A DNA stretch of 64,000 nucleotides, from assembly GCA_036170915.1 (NCBI GenBank), contig JAVHQC010000033.1:160001-224000 (forward strand), in the 5' to 3' direction. The first letter of the stretch is position 1. Each line of letters begins with the position of its first letter. Under the pieces are notes generated by a model. That model did not search any database, was not told the origin of the DNA, and saw only the letters and a list, made by a program, of their open reading frames with translations. Origin of the DNA: Cyanobacteria bacterium auto_48_18 (GTDB taxonomy: Bacteria; Cyanobacteriota; Vampirovibrionia; Obscuribacterales; Obscuribacteraceae). Of the stretch, positions 18,378 through 28,300 are shown piece by piece. Made by a program: the position numbers and the translations under genes.

Positions 18378-18656
18378 GTCCGAATATTGTTCAAATCAGT
18401 CCAGACCCTCGACTACTCACATCAGCTTTTGACTCAACTGGCGTTGGGCGGCTACGTATTTCTCCCACGAATTCCTCGAAATATGAGTAATTTCTCCGTC
18501 TTGCATGGGAATTACCACATATTCAAGGCCGTGGGAAAGTTTTATTGTTCTCCCATAAGCCAGACGAAGCGATTGCATGTCGGTCAACGGCAATCAACAA
18601 ACTGAGTCTGACACCCGCACCAAAGCTGCTCCACGTAATCAGAGGTTTCTTCCACC

Positions 18657-19085
18657 ATGAATAAAGTTACATCCCTCGCTAAAAAAGTTTCTCAGTCTCA
18701 CTCTTTCAAAGTCGCTACCCGCCTGGGATTTGTACTTGCTCCCCAGTTGGTTTTGATGGCTTTCGGAGTATATGACCAGGCCGCTCACGCACAAGGCCTT
18801 GTAGGTGCCCCAGTAGACCCACGTTACGGACAATCAAACGAAGTAGGCCAATTGGCAGACTACGGTTATGACTGTGCAAGAGATATTTCCCGCGTAGTTA
18901 CTGCTCTATCGACTGTTCCATCATCTTTAGCTGGCATGAAAATTGCCTTCGGCCAAAGAGACGGTGGAGAATCGGCCATGAACGTTGCAAAAGGCTTGGG
19001 CATCGGATTCGGCGGACCAACCGCAGTTCACTTGCTCGGAACATTCGCCATCAACAACATGGGTGGTCTGGGTGGCGGTCTCTAA
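18657..19085 (+). CDS. VirB2/TrbC-like pilin, copy 2 (allele B)
   Basis: Identical to copy 1 from residue 14 onward. Confidence 0.7.
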   Translation: MNKVTSLAKKVSQSHSFKVATRLGFVLAPQLVLMAFGVYDQAAHAQGLVGAPVDPRYGQSNEVGQLADYGYDCARDISRVVTALSTVPSSLAGMKIAFGQRDGGESAMNVAKGLGIGFGGPTAVHLLGTFAINNMGGLGGGL

Positions 19086-19117
19086 TTCGAGACAGTTCGC
19101 TCATCGAAAATAAGTTT

Positions 19118-19143
19118 AAAAGCCGGGCCCAGCCCGGCTTTTT
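19118..19143 (+). terminator. Intrinsic terminator after pilin 2
   Basis: AAAAGCCGGGC-cca-GCCCGGCTTTTT. Confidence 0.85.
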
Positions 19144-19201
19144 GCTGTGTTGATGGTCTTGCGCGGTTGGCTAGGGGGCCTCTAATAGATAGTTCCAAAA
19201 C

Positions 19202-19230
19202 GCAGAGAAAAATTGCGCAAATTTCTCTGC
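19202..19230. repeat. 29-bp palindrome, copy 1
   Basis: GCAGAGAAAAATTGCGCAAATTTCTCTGC. Confidence 0.85.
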
Positions 19231-19406
19231 TTGATTAAGTGCAGAAAAAAACTTTTCGCACTTCGTGTTTTCCACATATTCAGGCCGGTGGGAAAAAGCT
19301 ATTGTTCACACATAAGCCGGACGAAACGCAAATCCAATAATGATTTCAGCAAATCGCAACCGACAAACTCTTCGCTCCTATCTACAACTAGAGGTTTTCT
19401 TTCACC

Positions 19407-19835
19407 ATGAATAAAGTTGCATCCCTCGCTAAAAAAGTTTCGAAGTCGCACTCTTTCAAAGTCGCAACACGCCTGGGATTTGTACTTGCTCCCCAGTTGG
19501 TGTTGATGGCCTTTGGAGTTTATGATCAAGCCGCTCACGCACAAGGTTTGGTTGGCGCACCAGTTGATCCACGTTATGGACAATCAAACGAAGTTGGCCA
19601 ATTGGCAGACTACGGATATGACTGTGCAAGAGATATTTCCCGCGTAGTTACTGCTCTGTCCACTGTTCCATCATCTTTAGCCGGCATGAAGATTGCCTTC
19701 GGTCAAAGAGACGGCGGTGAATCAGCAATGAACGTAGCGAAAGGCTTGGGCATCGGATTCGGCGGACCAACCGCAGTTCACTTGCTCGGAACATTCGCCA
19801 TCAACAACATGGGCGGCCTGGGTGGCGGTCTCTAA
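19407..19835 (+). CDS. VirB2/TrbC-like pilin, copy 3 (A/B mosaic)
   Basis: Identical mature protein. Confidence 0.7.
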   Translation: MNKVASLAKKVSKSHSFKVATRLGFVLAPQLVLMAFGVYDQAAHAQGLVGAPVDPRYGQSNEVGQLADYGYDCARDISRVVTALSTVPSSLAGMKIAFGQRDGGESAMNVAKGLGIGFGGPTAVHLLGTFAINNMGGLGGGL

Positions 19836-19878
19836 TTAGAGGCTCAACCGTTCAGACTCTCTGCAAAAAAGCTCTAAT

Positions 19879-19906
19879 GAGCCGGGTTCTGCCCGGCTCT
19901 TGCTTT
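19879..19906 (+). terminator. Intrinsic terminator after pilin 3
   Basis: GAGCCGGGT-tct-GCCCGGCTC followed by TTGCTTT. Confidence 0.7.
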
Positions 19907-20184
19907 ATCTAGTTATGACGACTATGTAGAGCTCGTTCGAACAATTTGAAAGCGCGACGGAATCAAGTTCCACTTGACTTCGTAATGCCACCATGAAAAT
20001 CTCTGAAAATGAGCAAAATTGCCGTTTGCCATGGGAATTACAACATATCCAAGGCCTCCGCAAAGCCTTATTGTTGTCCCATAAGCCAGACGAAGCGATT
20101 GCATGTCGGTCAACTGCAAATCAACAAATTAAGTCTGACACCCGCACTAAAAGCTGCTCCACGCAATCAGAGGTTTCTTCCACC

Positions 20185-20613
20185 ATGAATAAAGTTACAT
20201 CCCTCGCTAAAAAAGTTTCTCAGTCTCACTCTTTCAAAGTCGCTACCCGCCTGGGATTTGTACTTGCTCCCCAGTTGGTTTTGATGGCTTTCGGAGTATA
20301 TGACCAGGCCGCTCACGCACAAGGCCTTGTAGGTGCCCCAGTAGACCCACGTTACGGACAATCAAACGAAGTAGGCCAATTGGCAGACTACGGTTATGAC
20401 TGTGCAAGAGATATTTCCCGCGTAGTTACTGCTCTATCGACTGTTCCATCATCTTTAGCTGGCATGAAAATTGCCTTCGGCCAAAGAGACGGTGGAGAAT
20501 CGGCCATGAACGTTGCAAAAGGCTTGGGCATCGGATTCGGCGGACCAACCGCAGTTCACTTGCTCGGAACATTCGCCATCAACAACATGGGTGGTCTGGG
20601 TGGCGGTCTCTAA
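20185..20613 (+). CDS. VirB2/TrbC-like pilin, copy 4 (allele B)
   Basis: Same sequence as copy 2; start set by homology and the GAGG RBS. Confidence 0.7.
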   Translation: MNKVTSLAKKVSQSHSFKVATRLGFVLAPQLVLMAFGVYDQAAHAQGLVGAPVDPRYGQSNEVGQLADYGYDCARDISRVVTALSTVPSSLAGMKIAFGQRDGGESAMNVAKGLGIGFGGPTAVHLLGTFAINNMGGLGGGL

Positions 20614-20645
20614 TTCGAGACAGTTCGCTCATCGAAAATAAGTTT

Positions 20646-20671
20646 AAAAGCCGGGCCCAGCCCGGCTTTTT
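20646..20671 (+). terminator. Intrinsic terminator after pilin 4
   Basis: Same hairpin as at 19118. Confidence 0.85.
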
Positions 20672-20743
20672 GCTGTGTTGATTGTCTAGTTTGGCGTCGA
20701 TTTGATAGTCGATTGGATGGTTTGAATATGCTGTGTCCAAAAC

Positions 20744-20772
20744 GCAGAGAAAAATTGCGCAAATTTCTCTGC
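20744..20772. repeat. 29-bp palindrome, copy 2
   Basis: GCAGAGAAAAATTGCGCAAATTTCTCTGC. Confidence 0.85.
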
Positions 20773-20860
20773 TCTATTAGAGGAGGGATAACCGGGGTGC
20801 CAAAATTGGCGCCAGGGCTTACTGTAATAAAACCGCAAAACTTTTTTGGAAGCGAAAATC

Positions 20861-21343
20861 ATGACTATCTTAACTGGCCCAATTCCATCTGTGCCGCGTT
20901 CGCTAAAACAAAGATTGGCGATTTTTGCTGGGCTGCTACTTATTTGTGATTTCTCCACCGGCATTTTGGTCGACTGGGCGAATACGCCATTTTGTGAAAC
21001 TCGTGCTGATGCTAAAGCCCTTCGGTCAAGTTCCTGTGACCGATTCGGAAAGACGACACTTGTCTTGGAGCAGGCCGAAAACAATCTTGATGCAGTCGCT
21101 CAAGATATTGAACAGCAGGTGTGTCCTGGTAGTACCGAACCGGCACACCGCCTCTGCTTTCATTCCCACGATACGGCTTGTATTCTTGCAGCCAATTTGG
21201 AAGACATCGCATACACACGAATGATTCGAGTGCAGAATCGATTGGCAAAAATCATGCAACATCCGTGGCACACAAATTGCCAGCTATACGACGGTGTTGT
21301 CCCTAAATGCCCACTCAGCTTAATCTTATGGATTTTAGGCTAA
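20861..21343 (+). CDS. Cys-rich membrane-anchored protein resembling the VirB6-like N-terminus
   Basis: GKTTLVLEQAENNLDAVAQDIEQQVCP aligns with GQTTLVQQQAEQNTEAVAQNVEQQLWP of 22377. Confidence 0.65.
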   Translation: MTILTGPIPSVPRSLKQRLAIFAGLLLICDFSTGILVDWANTPFCETRADAKALRSSSCDRFGKTTLVLEQAENNLDAVAQDIEQQVCPGSTEPAHRLCFHSHDTACILAANLEDIAYTRMIRVQNRLAKIMQHPWHTNCQLYDGVVPKCPLSLILWILG

Positions 21344-21409
21344 TTTGATCGTGATAGAAAAGTTTGCGCGCATTTCCCTGTGTGCACGCAGGTACAAGGA
21401 TGCGAGATA

Positions 21410-21880
21410 GTGATTAATCTAACCAGCCCTACTCAATTTGTGCAGCGTTCGTTAAAGCAAAAATTCGCGACACTGGCAGGTCTCTTACTAGTTTGTGATT
21501 TTTCGACCGGCATTTTTGTCGAATGGGCGAATACGCCGATCACGTGCGAGCATTTTGCTATTTTGGGGAAGTCACAGGTATTAGGTTTTCCCTGTTGCGA
21601 TGCATCTGGGCGAACAACATTGGTCCGACAAGAAGCTGAAAATAATTCTGAATGCGTATCGCAGCTGTTAGATATCCAATTAAATCCAAGTGACAGTTGT
21701 TTGGATGGTCTATCTTTCTGCAGCGATAATATCCTCACAAATTTTTTCGAGAATGTTCCCATATATTGCCGTCAAGTCGTAAGCCACCGACTCGGAAAAG
21801 TCCAATGCCGGCTGTTATCGTTAATCAAATTACCGCACTCGTGCCACAGAGGCTGTCCTTTGACGAAGGCTCTCTTCTGA
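21410..21880 (+). CDS. Cys-rich paralog of 20861
   Basis: RSLKQKFATLAGLLLVCDFSTGIFVEWANTP shared with 20861; GTG start after AAGGA. Confidence 0.65.
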   Translation: MINLTSPTQFVQRSLKQKFATLAGLLLVCDFSTGIFVEWANTPITCEHFAILGKSQVLGFPCCDASGRTTLVRQEAENNSECVSQLLDIQLNPSDSCLDGLSFCSDNILTNFFENVPIYCRQVVSHRLGKVQCRLLSLIKLPHSCHRGCPLTKALF

Positions 21881-21919
21881 CAAAGGCTCTCTTCTGACAA
21901 AGGCTCTCTTCTGACAAAG
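21861..21919 (+). repeat. 17-bp tandem repeat, about 3.5 copies
   Basis: (TGACAAAGGCTCTCTTC)n spanning the stop of the 21410 gene. Confidence 0.9.
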
Positions 21920-21985
21920 GCTCATTAGGCCTATAAACGTTGCCCGCCTTTGCCTCGCGAAGATTCGGGTCTGACATTTAATATT

Positions 21986-22014
21986 ACAGAGAAATTTTGC
22001 GCAAATTTCTCTGC
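21986..22014. repeat. 29-bp palindrome, copy 3 (flank inverted)
   Basis: ACAGAGAAATTTTGCGCAAATTTCTCTGC followed by GTTTTGG. Confidence 0.85.
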
Positions 22015-22376
22015 GTTTTGGAAAGTCAAAATTAACTACCACCCAGGCAGCCAAAAAACACCAAACAAAAATCATTTATCAAAACGCCTCTAGGATGGGA
22101 ATGACCGGGGTGTCAAAACCCACAAGGGGCCTTAAAGTAATATCAGCATCGTGCTGACGTGTGCTTGCGAAGGTCTAAAAAATCTAAACAAGTAAAAATA
22201 TCCCCCGAAAGCCTTAACAGGACATTAAAAGATGCCTGTTTTGCCCGCAGAATGGGAATAACCACACTGACAAGTTTTTATTTTGGCACTAGAGTGTTTT
22301 ACACGAGATACTTTTGCCGGCCTCATAGAGCCCAATAAGCAGTCTTTACTTTCTTTTTTTAAAGCAAAAAACCACA

Positions 22377-25300
22377 GTGGATAACGGAAACAGTCAAGCC
22401 AGTTTTAAAAGACGCTTTCACAAGCAATTATTAGCGCTCGTGGCACTCCTCATGCTGCTTGCGCCATTCGCATTTGCAGTACCGGTGGTGCTGGCGCAAA
22501 CTATGGTGCCTTCGCCAAACGATGATTTCCTTCCAACTGACGGCGGTTCAACCAGTCCTGGCGCCAGCGCGACTCAACCTACTGCCGAAAATATTTACGA
22601 CGCTCCTGGTCAAACCACGTTAGTTCAACAGCAAGCTGAGCAGAACACAGAAGCTGTGGCGCAAAACGTCGAGCAACAATTATGGCCTGATTTTGGTGCT
22701 TATAACGAGACCTATCAGGGCTTAAGCGCATTCTGGGGAGACGACATCATCTCCAACTTCTTCGCCAATATTGGTCAGTTGATTGGTAAATGGCTAAGTG
22801 AATTTATCAACGGTTGGGTCGCAGATGCTGTGCAATTCCTCACCGGCTTCTTGCGCATCTTTGTACTTAACCCCAACATCGCCGTCAACGGATTGAGCAC
22901 TACACCTGGCCAACCAGGTGCCGCCATTGACGATATTTCGCCTTACGTTCGTCAAGGCGCCGATATCATGTACGGTATCGCCATCGATTTGCTCTTATTG
23001 CTCTTCATTCTCTGCATCTGGAAATATTGGGCCGAAGCTGCCTGGCGCGGCGGCGGCAACATGATGGGTGCAGTTGGTCGTCTGATTTTCACTTCCGGTC
23101 TGCTTTTAGCCTGGCCGACAATTTACGCTTTTGAAATTCAGATCACCAACGAAATGATCAAGGCGCTCTATTTCAACTCTGCTGACCAGGTGGCAATGCT
23201 TGATGCCGCTATGGCCGCTGCTGTCAAAGGCGGTCTCGTAGCTGGTGCCGGCTTGTTGGCCAATGCTACTGCACCTATCGCCGGCCAAGTGCTGGGTGGT
23301 GTGCTCGGCGGTGGCGCTGGTGGTATTGTTTTGGGAACGGTTGGTAGCCTGGTTGCCTTTGTTGGTCTGATTATTTACTTAGTGCTGGGCGGCATTTTGA
23401 TTGCCCAACTAATTTATATTCTTGTGCTCAAGGCCATTCAAACTGCTTTGCTCACCGCTCAATATATGTTCGCACCTCTTTTCCTCGTCTTCTTCGCTTT
23501 GCCTGACACTGAAAATGTCTGCTCCGGATTCGTGCGCTCATTTGTTGAAGTCAGCCTCTGGACCTTTGTCTGGGTAGGCATGCTCAAAATTATGGTAATT
23601 GTGGTTCTTTCCGACTTTAACCCGTGGGGCAAAATCGTTATGGCCGTGGGCGTTCTGCAGCTCATGATTCAAGTGCCGTCGTTCTTGGCTCGCGCACAGA
23701 TTTCACCAATGTCAGATTTCATCTCTGCTGGTCTGGTCACTGGTGGTTTGCTCTCAGGTGGTAAGGCTCTAAGTGGAATGCTTGCAGATCGCGGTAAACA
23801 CTTTGCCAATGCCGTGGGTAACTTTGGTTATGCCGGAGCAAAAGGTGCTCCAAAATCACAAAGCGTAGAACTTAACGGTTTGGCTAATGACGTTGCCAAT
23901 CCAGGACTATTGAAAGATATTCGAGGCGCAGCAGCCACAGGTCAAGTTCCTGGTAAAGACGGCAAAAAGCCGCCACCCGGCGCTGGTGGTCTTGGAGCTG
24001 ACGGTAAACCAATCAAGCCACCAGAAGGTCCTAAGGGGCCAAAAGATGGTAAGGGTGGTGCTGGTATAGGACCAGACGGCAAACCAATCGCGCCTGCGGC
24101 CAATCCACTTGGAGCTAAAGGAGCCAAAGGCGAAGGCGAGCAGGGCACCAGTGCCAATGTCGTTCCGCCCGGAACTAAACCAATAACACCAGCTAATCCT
24201 GGCGATAAGAGTGCAGCTGAAGCTCTGGCCAACGCAGGGAAGAACGGCGCTACGGTGGCCGCAGTGGCTGGCGTGGTCGGAGCAGGCATGGCAGCAGCAG
24301 GCGCAAATGGTGCTCTGTCTGAAGCCAACAAAGCGGCTGGAACTGGTGATCAGACCGGTAAAGATTTGAGCGCGCAACAGCTTGCCGAAGCGGCGAAAGC
24401 CACAGGCAACCTAGTTAATGCCGCCGGCAATTTGACCGACGGCAAAGGCAAAGAGCTGCTTGACTCTAAAGGCCAACCTATTAAGGCGACTGTGCCGCCG
24501 GCAGCTGGCGACAAAGGTAAAGCTGGCGAAGTATTAAAAGACCAGGCTACAGTCAGCGCTAAACTGGCTGACGGTAAAGATGCTGCCGGAAAAGTAAATG
24601 GCCCTGAAGCCACAGCCAAAGGCAAAGATCTTGCTACCGGAATCAAGCCTGGTGACTTGCCTAAGGCCGGTGGAGTCGGCACAAACACTGATGGTGCCAG
24701 CCTGAAGACAGCCGGCGATGAAGTCGAAGTTACCGGTCAGAACGAAGATGGCACCAAAGCAGTGGCATCAGCAGTGGTGCCTGGCATGAAGGTAGCTAAT
24801 GCTACAACTACCGGCGCGCCTAATGCTAATCTCAACCCTGACGGCTCTACAAAAACTACTGTTGATGGCGGCAAACCCGGCGGCACAGGCGCCAAGCTTG
24901 AAACAGTCAAAGGCGAGACCAATGTTGTTCCCAAACCTGGTGTCAATCCTGTTGCCACAGGTAACGGTAACAAACCGGTTGTGCCACCAATTAACTCTTC
25001 TCAGCTAGCCACCGCCACTAGTGCCATCGCCACTGGTAAGGGTATTGATCCAACTACAGCAATTGTCACCGGCGACGAAACTTTGAACCCTGCCGATCCT
25101 GGGGCTCCAGTTGTCGCTGATGCTAAAGAAGGAACATTCAATAATAAGCAAGGCACAAACAATGCCGCTACTGCAGCTACTGCTCTAGCAACAGCAGCTA
25201 CAGTTGTGGCGGGTTCAGCAGCGCTGAAGAATGCTGCCACTTCCCCTCAAGGAAAAGTCGAAACCAACGTCACCGGCAAGGTGACAGGCGACGGCTCTAC

Positions 25301-28300
25301 TACTGGTAAACCTGGTAGTGTCGTTCCTCCAGTTGGCGCAGCAGCCAATTTACAGACTAACACCCCTGCTTCAACAACTGGTGTTAACGCCGCAGGCGCT
25401 CCTGTGGTCAATGCCACCACTGAGACAGTTGAAGAAGGGCAGCAAGCTGCAAGCGTGCTTGGAGCCGAAACCAATAAATTGGGCACCACAACTCCTGGCG
25501 TCAATAGTGCCAATCCAGCAGCTACTCTGGCTACAGCAGCCACAGTGATGGCAGGTTCTGCAGCGCTTAAAAATGCTGCCACCTCACCTCAACAAAAAGT
25601 TGAGACCAACACGACGGCCAAAGTTGTAGGCACCGGTACTGGCACTGGCAGTGTCGTCCCACCAGTGGGCGGAAACCCACTACAGACTAATGCCAACCCT
25701 GTTAATGGAATCAACAACCCTGCAGGCACTCCTGTGGTCAGTACCAATACTGAAACACTTGAAGAAGGGCAGCAAGCTGCAAACGTGCTTGGAGCCGAAA
25801 CCAATAAATTGGGCACCACAACTCCTGGCGTCAATAGTGCCAATCCAGCAGCTACTCTGGCTACAGCAGCCACAGTGATGGCAGGTTCTGCAGCGCTTAA
25901 AAATGCTGCCACCTCACCTCAACAAAAAGTTGAGACCAACACCACAGCTAAAGTTGTCGGCACGGGTACCGGAGCCGGCAGTGTGGTCCCACCAATGGGC
26001 GGGAATCCACTACAGACTAATGTCAACCCAGTTACTGGAGTCAACAATGCAGGCGCTCCGGTAGTCACCAATACCGAATTAGTTGAAGAAGGTCTTGAAG
26101 CAGCCGGAGCGTTGGGCGCAGCCAATGTCGTTCGGGCCACAGGGGCCACCACTATGCCTGGTGCTAACAAATTAGACAATGCCACCGGCACTACCACCAC
26201 TACATCTGCCACCGGCAAGATAGTGCCGCCGACGAACCAAACAGCTAATCCAACTGTGACTACTCAGGTCACCGGTGCTAAGGGGGCAGGTATTGTGCCT
26301 CCCGTAGCTACACCTACTCAGTTTGCCAATACCACTGGTGGTACCGGCGGCGCACCACCTACGGCTGGAACTGCAACTAAATTTATGGATGGCGGTGACG
26401 GCGGCGACGGTGGAGATGATGGTAGCGGCGGTGCTGGTGGTGGTGGTGGTGGTATGCCACCAGGTGGACCTGCAGCTCAACCTACTCAGCCTAGCGGCGG
26501 CCAGAAAGCTTCGATGTTTGATGGTTATATGCAAGCCGGTTACAGACACGTGCCTTACAGAGTCGCCGCAGCAGCCATCAGATTGGCTCAAGGCGCCACT
26601 CTGGGTGTGTCACGCAGTGGTAAGCCAGAAAACATCTACGATAATCAAGGCCACATGATGCACGTCCGCTTTGGCGAAGGCGCGTCTGATGAGCAAAAAG
26701 GTATGCAAATCATGGCCGGCGCTTACGGCGAGTTGATGAGCACCGATGCCGAAGCTTATGACGCAGCCAGACAGTCATCTATTGATGCCGGCGAGCATAA
26801 ACCGCAATCAATGGCTGAAAGAGCCGCTGCTGGTATTTTGGCTTATAACGGCAGTTCATGGAGTCAAACTGCTGCCGCCAAACAAAGATTTGCCCGCTCT
26901 ATGTCTAAGCATGCGGCACTTGGTGCTCAGTCTTACATTAATGGTGAAGAAGGCAACGCTTACACCGAGCACCTGGTCAACAGATACGGACCAATGAGTG
27001 AAGACCAGCAAGCTTGGGCTGCTCACATTATGACCAGCACCGATTCGCCAGAATCTGGATGGAGCTGGAGAATGGGCCCTGCCACTGATGCTCTCATCCA
27101 GAGTGGTTTGCCAATCAGCCCTGTCAACAGAGCCGTGGCTGCCAACCAGAGCGTGCTCAAAGCACAGCCATGGTTGCGTGGAGCTGCCATTCGTGGTGGT
27201 GGCGAGTATATGCAGGCTCGTGCGAAGGCTGAAATTCCTGAAGGTACAAGTGGACTGGTGCAAGATGCCTGGTACGGCAACCGTGCACAATCTATGCCTG
27301 CTGAAGTTGTGAATACACTTGGTGCATTGACCCTGGCTGGAATCATGGATGAGGATGGCCATTCCGTATGCCGCGACTTCGCCACAGTAGACCAAGTAGC
27401 TGCCATGGTCGGCCCTGGTGCTAGACCTGAAGATTATGTAGGCGCTTACAACACCCTGCACGGCGGCAGCAAAGTCATGGCCAACTTCGTCCCTAGCGGG
27501 GGCGGTGGTGGTGGTGGCGGCGGTGGTGGCCATGTCAATTTGGGCAGCGCTCACATGGGTGGCGGATCACCTCCTCCGTCTGGTGGTGGTGGTATGACCC
27601 TCGGTGGTGTCACTGTATCTGGTGGCGGCGGTGGTGGTGGCGGCGGCGGCACAGCCGACGTTGATCTCTTCCTCGACGGCCCTTCTGCAGGCGCATCGAA
27701 CATCAACCCTAACGCTATTCCTCTACCTAATAACTTGCCTAACTTGCAAGGCGGTGGGCCAACTGTGGTCAACTCCCGCTTGCAACCTCCAAGCAATCAA
27801 GGCGGCGGCGGCAACGTCAATCTTGGCTCAGTTAAACTGCCTGGTGGTAATGTCGGATCTTCCACCGGTCAGATTCAAATCGGCCGCGTCGATGGTGGCA
27901 ACAGTGGTGGCAGCGGTAGTTTGCCCAGCGAAAATGTTTCCATGGACGTCGAGCAGTCTGTATCTGGTCAGGTTGTAGATTATGGCGGCGCTCAACAGCA
28001 AGCCATATCCAGTGCCGTCAGTCAATTTGGCGGTTCGCAAAATCTGGTCAAGCAAGTGGTGGCAGATTTGAGAGCCAGTGGGATGGATTGGAAACAAATT
28101 TACGATCCCACTAAGAGTGATTCGGATCCTGGTAAATATCAGTTGCTCGAAACCGCTGTTCAAGCCTACTCACAAAATCCGGAATCTATGCCGGCTGTGG
28201 CAGTGGCTGCTCAAGCTGTGGGTGCCTCTAATGTTTCCATGGGTGATGTGCAAATTGTTCAATCAATGTTTGACGCTGATCCTAAGTGGCAGTCCAATAA

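Noticed and set aside
19993..20184. N-terminal extension of pilin copy 4 in the ORF track
   Set aside because: Corresponds to the conserved non-coding leader; the homologous start with RBS is 20185
17868..20613. Four copies as RiPP/bacteriocin precursors or an assembly artefact
   Set aside because: No adjacent maturase or peptidase-transporter; VirB2-like layout and T4SS context fit better; diverged spacers and synonymous alleles argue against a pure artefact
21861..21919. 17-bp repeat as CRISPR or iterons
   Set aside because: Head-to-tail with no spacers and no rep gene; simple slippage repeat
19202..22014. 29-bp palindromes as a CRISPR array
   Set aside because: Copies are more than 1 kb apart with genes between them, and there are no cas genes
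23907..28163. Many minus-strand ORFs within the giant gene
   Set aside because: Antisense shadows of a Gly/Ala/Thr-rich coding frame
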